From: Hydrogenophilales bacterium
Lineage (GTDB): Bacteria > Pseudomonadota > Gammaproteobacteria > Burkholderiales > Eutrophovitaceae
Direction: 5' to 3'
NCBI GenBank assembly: GCA_902627495.1
Contig: CACOJS010000003.1
Coordinates: 42,895 to 106,894 of the forward strand
Length of the DNA stretch: 64,000 nt
The notes below the pieces were generated by a model. It worked only from the letters and a program-made list of their open reading frames with translations, was not told the origin of the DNA and made no database searches. Position 1 is the first letter of the stretch. The number at the start of each line of letters is the position of its first letter. A program made the translations under genes and the position numbers. Of the stretch, positions 60,118 to 64,000 are shown in pieces.

Positions 60118-61926
60118 ATGATAAAACAGATTGGTATACAAAAACTTATTGGTTTACAGAGTTTGCTTATCCTAGTTTTTTTAGTGGGCTGCGGGGGATC
60201 CACGTCTGACTCTTCTACCACATCAACAACTATTCCGAGTGGGGTATCGGGAAGTGCCGTAGCATCCACAGCACTTAGTTCTTCAAGCAGTTCTTCCTTC
60301 CTAGAGTTGCCATTGCCGGAAAGGATTTACGACTCATATCGTACATTGTTTGCCGCTTTGGAGGACGGGGATTTTATGCAGGCAGCTGAAGTTCTGTTTG
60401 ATTGGTTACCTATAGATGATGCCTTCGCAGCAACTAAGACTCCTAGGGCTAAGGTTGTGGCGGACTATATTGAGACTGTAGCAAAGGGGACTGCTACACC
60501 CTCAAGAGGTTCTGGTTCCTCTCGGGGAGCCACTGAACTCAGGATGGGGCAATTTTTCGATCAGTACTCTCGAGCAGACTGTTATGGGCCTCAAGTGGAT
60601 CATGATAACCATAATGATACTGGTTCCGGCCAAGATCCTTTGCCAACAGGGGATGTTGGAATCTGGCTATCTACACAACCCTCGGGATCTACAAATGAGG
60701 GAAAACCCTGTGCGGCAGCACAGCTGGAGGCTTTAGGAGATCCTATAGGGTCTAGGGTAGATGGATCTATGATGTTAGTTGCTTATATGAGAGGCCAAGT
60801 GACAAGCTCAGCTAGTTTGAGTATGCCAGTCAGTGGAGCCACCACGGATATAGGAGCCTCAATAATGAACTCATTTATCGACACCATCCTTGAGACTGGT
60901 TATTCCAGAGATGGTGATGTAACCGGTACGATATCTAATGCAAGTGGCGTATACACATATACCTTAGTAGTAGCAGTGGTTAAGGGTAGCGACAACGGGA
61001 AACTAGCTATTCAGGTGGTTCACGATGGCACCTCTGCTGCATCGGCAGGAACTATGAGTGGCAGGCTGACTTATGCCAGTTCAACAGGCAGTAATTCCTG
61101 TAATGATGGGGGTATTAGAGCAACAGCTGGTACTGTAAGGTATCAAAAGACCTCCGCTACTAATATTAATGTTAGTGCTAGAGAATCCGAAGTGTGCATA
61201 GCCAATTTAGCGGCACTTACTTCCACTTTTACTGATTATGTCAGTCTGGACACTAATAACGAGTTGGATCCAACAGTTATTGATGGTGATGGTTTGGTAG
61301 GAAGTACACCCTCTGGCACTACCACCGATGATAAAGGTTGGACTGCTGCTGGTGGGGGAACAGGATTTAATCGTTTTGGAGCCAGCTTTAATCCTGACAC
61401 GATGGTGGGAAATTACAAATACGCGTGGCAAGCTGGTCGAGGCGATTCCCATTCGAGGATGTTTGCAATGAGTATAACCAAGGACACCACTGATGATTCC
61501 ATGGCAGCAAAGGGCTATTTTGGGTTTTCAGGATCAATGGGCAAGCAAGGGACAGCGGATGGAGGGTCGTCAACTGAGAGAGACATTAAAGGGATGATTT
61601 GCAATTGGACAGGGCCAGGAGCTGATGCCTCTGGAACAGATGATCGGTTCACAAATTCGGGTTCCACATCTAAATTCCAGTTTCAGTCGCTAACGCTTTC
61701 CTCTACTGATACTGAATGGCAAGTTGCTGAAGAGGACATAACCTTCGCACCTACTAATAATTGTAATAGCACGGGAAGTATGACCTATGATGTCAACGCC
61801 GATGGAACAATCGCTTCGGGAGAGGGTCAAAACATTACTAACGATTTGGACACGTTGGATAGTGGGACAACGACCGTGTTGGGAACAATGCAAAATCGGG
61901 GGTTCACCTCTCCAACTCTTTTCTAA
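60118..61926 (+). CDS. Large uncharacterized lipoprotein (602 aa)
   Basis: AAGGAG RBS, lipobox LVGC-GG, Ser/Thr-rich linker, Gly/Ser/Thr/Asp-rich body. Confidence 0.85.
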   Translation: MIKQIGIQKLIGLQSLLILVFLVGCGGSTSDSSTTSTTIPSGVSGSAVASTALSSSSSSSFLELPLPERIYDSYRTLFAALEDGDFMQAAEVLFDWLPIDDAFAATKTPRAKVVADYIETVAKGTATPSRGSGSSRGATELRMGQFFDQYSRADCYGPQVDHDNHNDTGSGQDPLPTGDVGIWLSTQPSGSTNEGKPCAAAQLEALGDPIGSRVDGSMMLVAYMRGQVTSSASLSMPVSGATTDIGASIMNSFIDTILETGYSRDGDVTGTISNASGVYTYTLVVAVVKGSDNGKLAIQVVHDGTSAASAGTMSGRLTYASSTGSNSCNDGGIRATAGTVRYQKTSATNINVSARESEVCIANLAALTSTFTDYVSLDTNNELDPTVIDGDGLVGSTPSGTTTDDKGWTAAGGGTGFNRFGASFNPDTMVGNYKYAWQAGRGDSHSRMFAMSITKDTTDDSMAAKGYFGFSGSMGKQGTADGGSSTERDIKGMICNWTGPGADASGTDDRFTNSGSTSKFQFQSLTLSSTDTEWQVAEEDITFAPTNNCNSTGSMTYDVNADGTIASGEGQNITNDLDTLDSGTTTVLGTMQNRGFTSPTLF

Positions 61927-61954
61927 GACCAGTCGGTAGAACTGAGGGGTTCGT

Positions 61955-61981
61955 AGCGGCCCTAGATACGGAGGCCGCTTC
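61955..61981 (+). terminator. GC-rich hairpin after the lipoprotein gene (possible terminator)
   Basis: AGCGGCC (61955-61) and GGCCGCT (61973-79); weak U tail. Confidence 0.35.
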
Positions 61982-62206
61982 CTGCCCGATATTGAAGGTA
62001 AAAGCCTCAATATACAAAGGTTGGTTTTTTAGTTTTTGGATAGGTGGTAGACATGCTTTTGTTTTGTTTGGTTTTTGTGAAATCAAGTATCCAAGATCAC
62101 GAGTACGCGAACAAAAATTAGAAAAAGATAGGTACTACTAATCGCTGGTTAGTTGAGCGACGGCTTTGCGGTTCTAAAGCCGTTAAATACTAATAAGGAA
62201 AAAAAC

Positions 62207-62605
62207 ATGGCTACAAAGAAAATGACTGCTAAATATGTTCAAATGACACTTGAATTAATTGAAAATTTGGGGCTTTTGGTCATAATGATCGCAACAATTA
62301 TCGCCGGTTATGACGAAGTCATTAACATGATTGCTCGGCGGGAAGTTAATCTTGGTGATCTTTTACTCCTGTTTCTGTATCTGGAGGTACTTGCTATGGT
62401 TGGGTGGTATTACCAGAGAGGCAAGCTTCCGGTTAGGTTTCCTCTTTATATAGCAATAATAGCTTTGGCACGTTACATAATTTTGGACATAAAGGAGATG
62501 GATGAGTTGAGATTACTTGGTGTTGGGGTTGGCATTTTGTTGCTCTCCATTGCAGTTCTAGTTATCCGTTATGGACATATTAGGTTCCCCTACGCTAAAG
62601 ACTGA
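62207..62605 (+). CDS. psiE: Phosphate-starvation-inducible PsiE family membrane protein
   Basis: LGDLLLLFLYLEVLAMV, LPVRFPLYIAIIALARYIIL; start ATG 62207 after AAGGA. Confidence 0.88.
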   Translation: MATKKMTAKYVQMTLELIENLGLLVIMIATIIAGYDEVINMIARREVNLGDLLLLFLYLEVLAMVGWYYQRGKLPVRFPLYIAIIALARYIILDIKEMDELRLLGVGVGILLLSIAVLVIRYGHIRFPYAKD

Positions 62606-62647
62606 TGTGATTGTCAGCACAAGCGGTGACATTGTGGTTTTTTTGCA

Positions 62648-63256
62648 TTGAGAGGAAAACTTTTGATCAATACTTTAATAAAAATTAAAATCGTAATAAT
62701 GTTAACTATTTTTACATCATCCTCCATTGCTGATGGGTTTATAGTGGATGATATGGCCGATATGCAGGGTGAACCTGAGGGAAAATATTGTGCCAACAGT
62801 GTGTCTCAATGGTGTCTGGTTACTGACCAAGTTATGGGTGGAATATCGCAAGGAAAGTTAAAGATTTTAGATGCTGATGGAGGCTTCTTTTTGCAGTTAA
62901 GCGGTCAAGTCTCGACGGACAACAACGGGGGTTTTATCCAAATCCGGACTAAGATCAAAGATTATCCTGAGAAAAAGAGTTTTAAGGGGGTGAGAATAAG
63001 AGTTAGTGGGAATGGTGAGGAGTACGCAGTTCACATTAGAACAAAGTATTTGTTTTTACCATGGCAATATTATTCTGCCACCTTTGTGGCTAACGAAGAT
63101 TGGCAAGTTGTAAACCTGGATTTTTCGGAATTTTCAAGATCCAACTTTTACCAGCCTTCTCGGTTTTCTTCTCAGGATATTGAAACTATAGGAATTGTTG
63201 CCATCGGGCGAAACTTTGACGCTAATGTAAATTTATCGCTTGTTGAGTTTTACTAG
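62648..63256 (+). CDS. CIA30 family protein
   Basis: W..VTDQVMGGISQG, LSGQVSTDNNGGFIQ, GNGEEY, PWQYY motifs; start uncertain. Confidence 0.88.
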   Translation: MRGKLLINTLIKIKIVIMLTIFTSSSIADGFIVDDMADMQGEPEGKYCANSVSQWCLVTDQVMGGISQGKLKILDADGGFFLQLSGQVSTDNNGGFIQIRTKIKDYPEKKSFKGVRIRVSGNGEEYAVHIRTKYLFLPWQYYSATFVANEDWQVVNLDFSEFSRSNFYQPSRFSSQDIETIGIVAIGRNFDANVNLSLVEFY

Positions 63257-63345
63257 TCATATCCAAATTTACACAGCATTAGTTTTGGTGTAAAAGTTCT
63301 AAATAGTTATTAAGTGATTATCAACTTTTAAGGGAGTCAGCAAAA

Positions 63346-64000
63346 ATGGATTCTCCAAACCAAAAAAAACAGATATCCTCAAACGAGCATGCAAGATCGA
63401 TGAAAGATTACCAGCGTTTAGGCACCAGTAAGGCTCTAGCGTTGAAGAATCGGGGTCGAATAAAATATGCGACTAGCGGAAAAGTTGATCAAACAATTTT
63501 AGATAGTTATTGGGAACATGGTTTTTATGTTTTTAAAAATGTTATTAAGTTTGAGGAGCTTGCCGAACTCCGTCAAGATGTAGAGCGAGTTATTCAAGAG
63601 GCACCTTCAGAGCCTTCCGTTCTGGTTCAGGGGCTTCCCGCCGCAGAGAAAAGGAGCATAGAGAGGCCACCCTATCGCTTTGCTAGGCCTCTAAGTGATC
63701 CGTTGGGCGGGACTAATAGAAACCGAGGGAGACATCCTGTTAAGATGTCTGACCCAATTCCACCCAAAGGCTCCCCAAAGTTTACTATCGAACTTCTTCA
63801 TGGGAATTTACACCTTATGGATTCCTGCTTACGCTTGTATGGTCATCCTGATCTTTTGGCCGTTGCCGAGGCGATTAATGGGCCCGATTTTGTTCCATAC
63901 AATGAAGTTACTTTTATCAAAGAGCCCGGGCTTGGTCCCTCTGTTGCTTGGCATCAAGATGGGGCAACACATTGGGATGCAGAGGATTGGGATGAAGGGG
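63346..64000 (+). CDS. Phytanoyl-CoA dioxygenase (PhyH) family protein, 5' part (runs off the window's right edge)
   Basis: Not in the ORF track. From ATG 63346 (GGGAG RBS): ...DSYWEHGFYVFKNVI...KEPGLGPSVAWHQDG, with an HxD iron ligand. Confidence 0.85.
   Translation, partial: MDSPNQKKQISSNEHARSMKDYQRLGTSKALALKNRGRIKYATSGKVDQTILDSYWEHGFYVFKNVIKFEELAELRQDVERVIQEAPSEPSVLVQGLPAAEKRSIERPPYRFARPLSDPLGGTNRNRGRHPVKMSDPIPPKGSPKFTIELLHGNLHLMDSCLRLYGHPDLLAVAEAINGPDFVPYNEVTFIKEPGLGPSVAWHQDGATHWDAEDWDEG

Noticed and set aside
61927..61960. tRNA-like words (CAGTCGGTAGA, GGTTCG)
   Set aside because: The spacing is too short and no acceptor or anticodon stems form.
3241..62796. Many 60-165 aa ORFs antisense to or nested in confident genes (e.g. 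3241-3498, 7978-8472, 13571-13942, 27647-27949, 61690-62010)
   Set aside because: Shadow ORFs with no motifs or RBS, overlapping well-supported genes.
1..64000. CRISPR array, rRNA, IS/transposase, prophage structural genes
   Set aside because: No regularly spaced 25-45 nt repeats, rRNA-like tracts, DDE transposases or phage hallmark proteins were seen; the only periodic repeat is the coding MORN-variant repeat.

Overview
AT-rich bacterial chromosome segment. The S21, L19 and RpoD sequences and the gene order point to a Betaproteobacterium (Burkholderiales s.l.), probably a streamlined aquatic lineage; this is inference. Bases 1-15 kb are core genes: coaE, pilD, a corC-like gene, a ccsA-like gene, ffh, rpsP-rimM-trmD-rplS, xerD, plsY, tsaD, rpsU-yqeY-dnaG-rpoD, ending in tRNA-Ile2(CAT) at 15114-15190. 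The 3' part of this tRNA plus about 30 nt of flank is repeated imperfectly at 19035-19119, bracketing a ~3.9 kb islet with no integrase. The islet holds surface/periplasmic genes and gene fragments. Further accessory cargo follows: an orphan MmeI/YeeA-type methyltransferase, a GST-CmcJ/NvfI-SDR operon, cytochrome c plus a PQQ sugar dehydrogenase, a Zur-type zinc cluster with a His/Cys secreted micropeptide, and two overlapping class III adenylyl cyclases with divergent H-NOX/V4R-like N-termini. The remainder holds metabolic genes (Na+/proline symporter, ABC-F, acyl-CoA ligase, trpS, pdxA-like, aroG, paaK/I/ABCDE), a 602-aa unknown lipoprotein, psiE, CIA30 and a partial PhyH dioxygenase. No rRNA, CRISPR array, transposase or phage integrase was seen. 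The best candidates for an undescribed system are the tandem sensor-cyclase pair, the zinc-cluster micropeptide and a paralogous pair of unknown secreted proteins. All calls come from reading motifs by eye; no searches were run.
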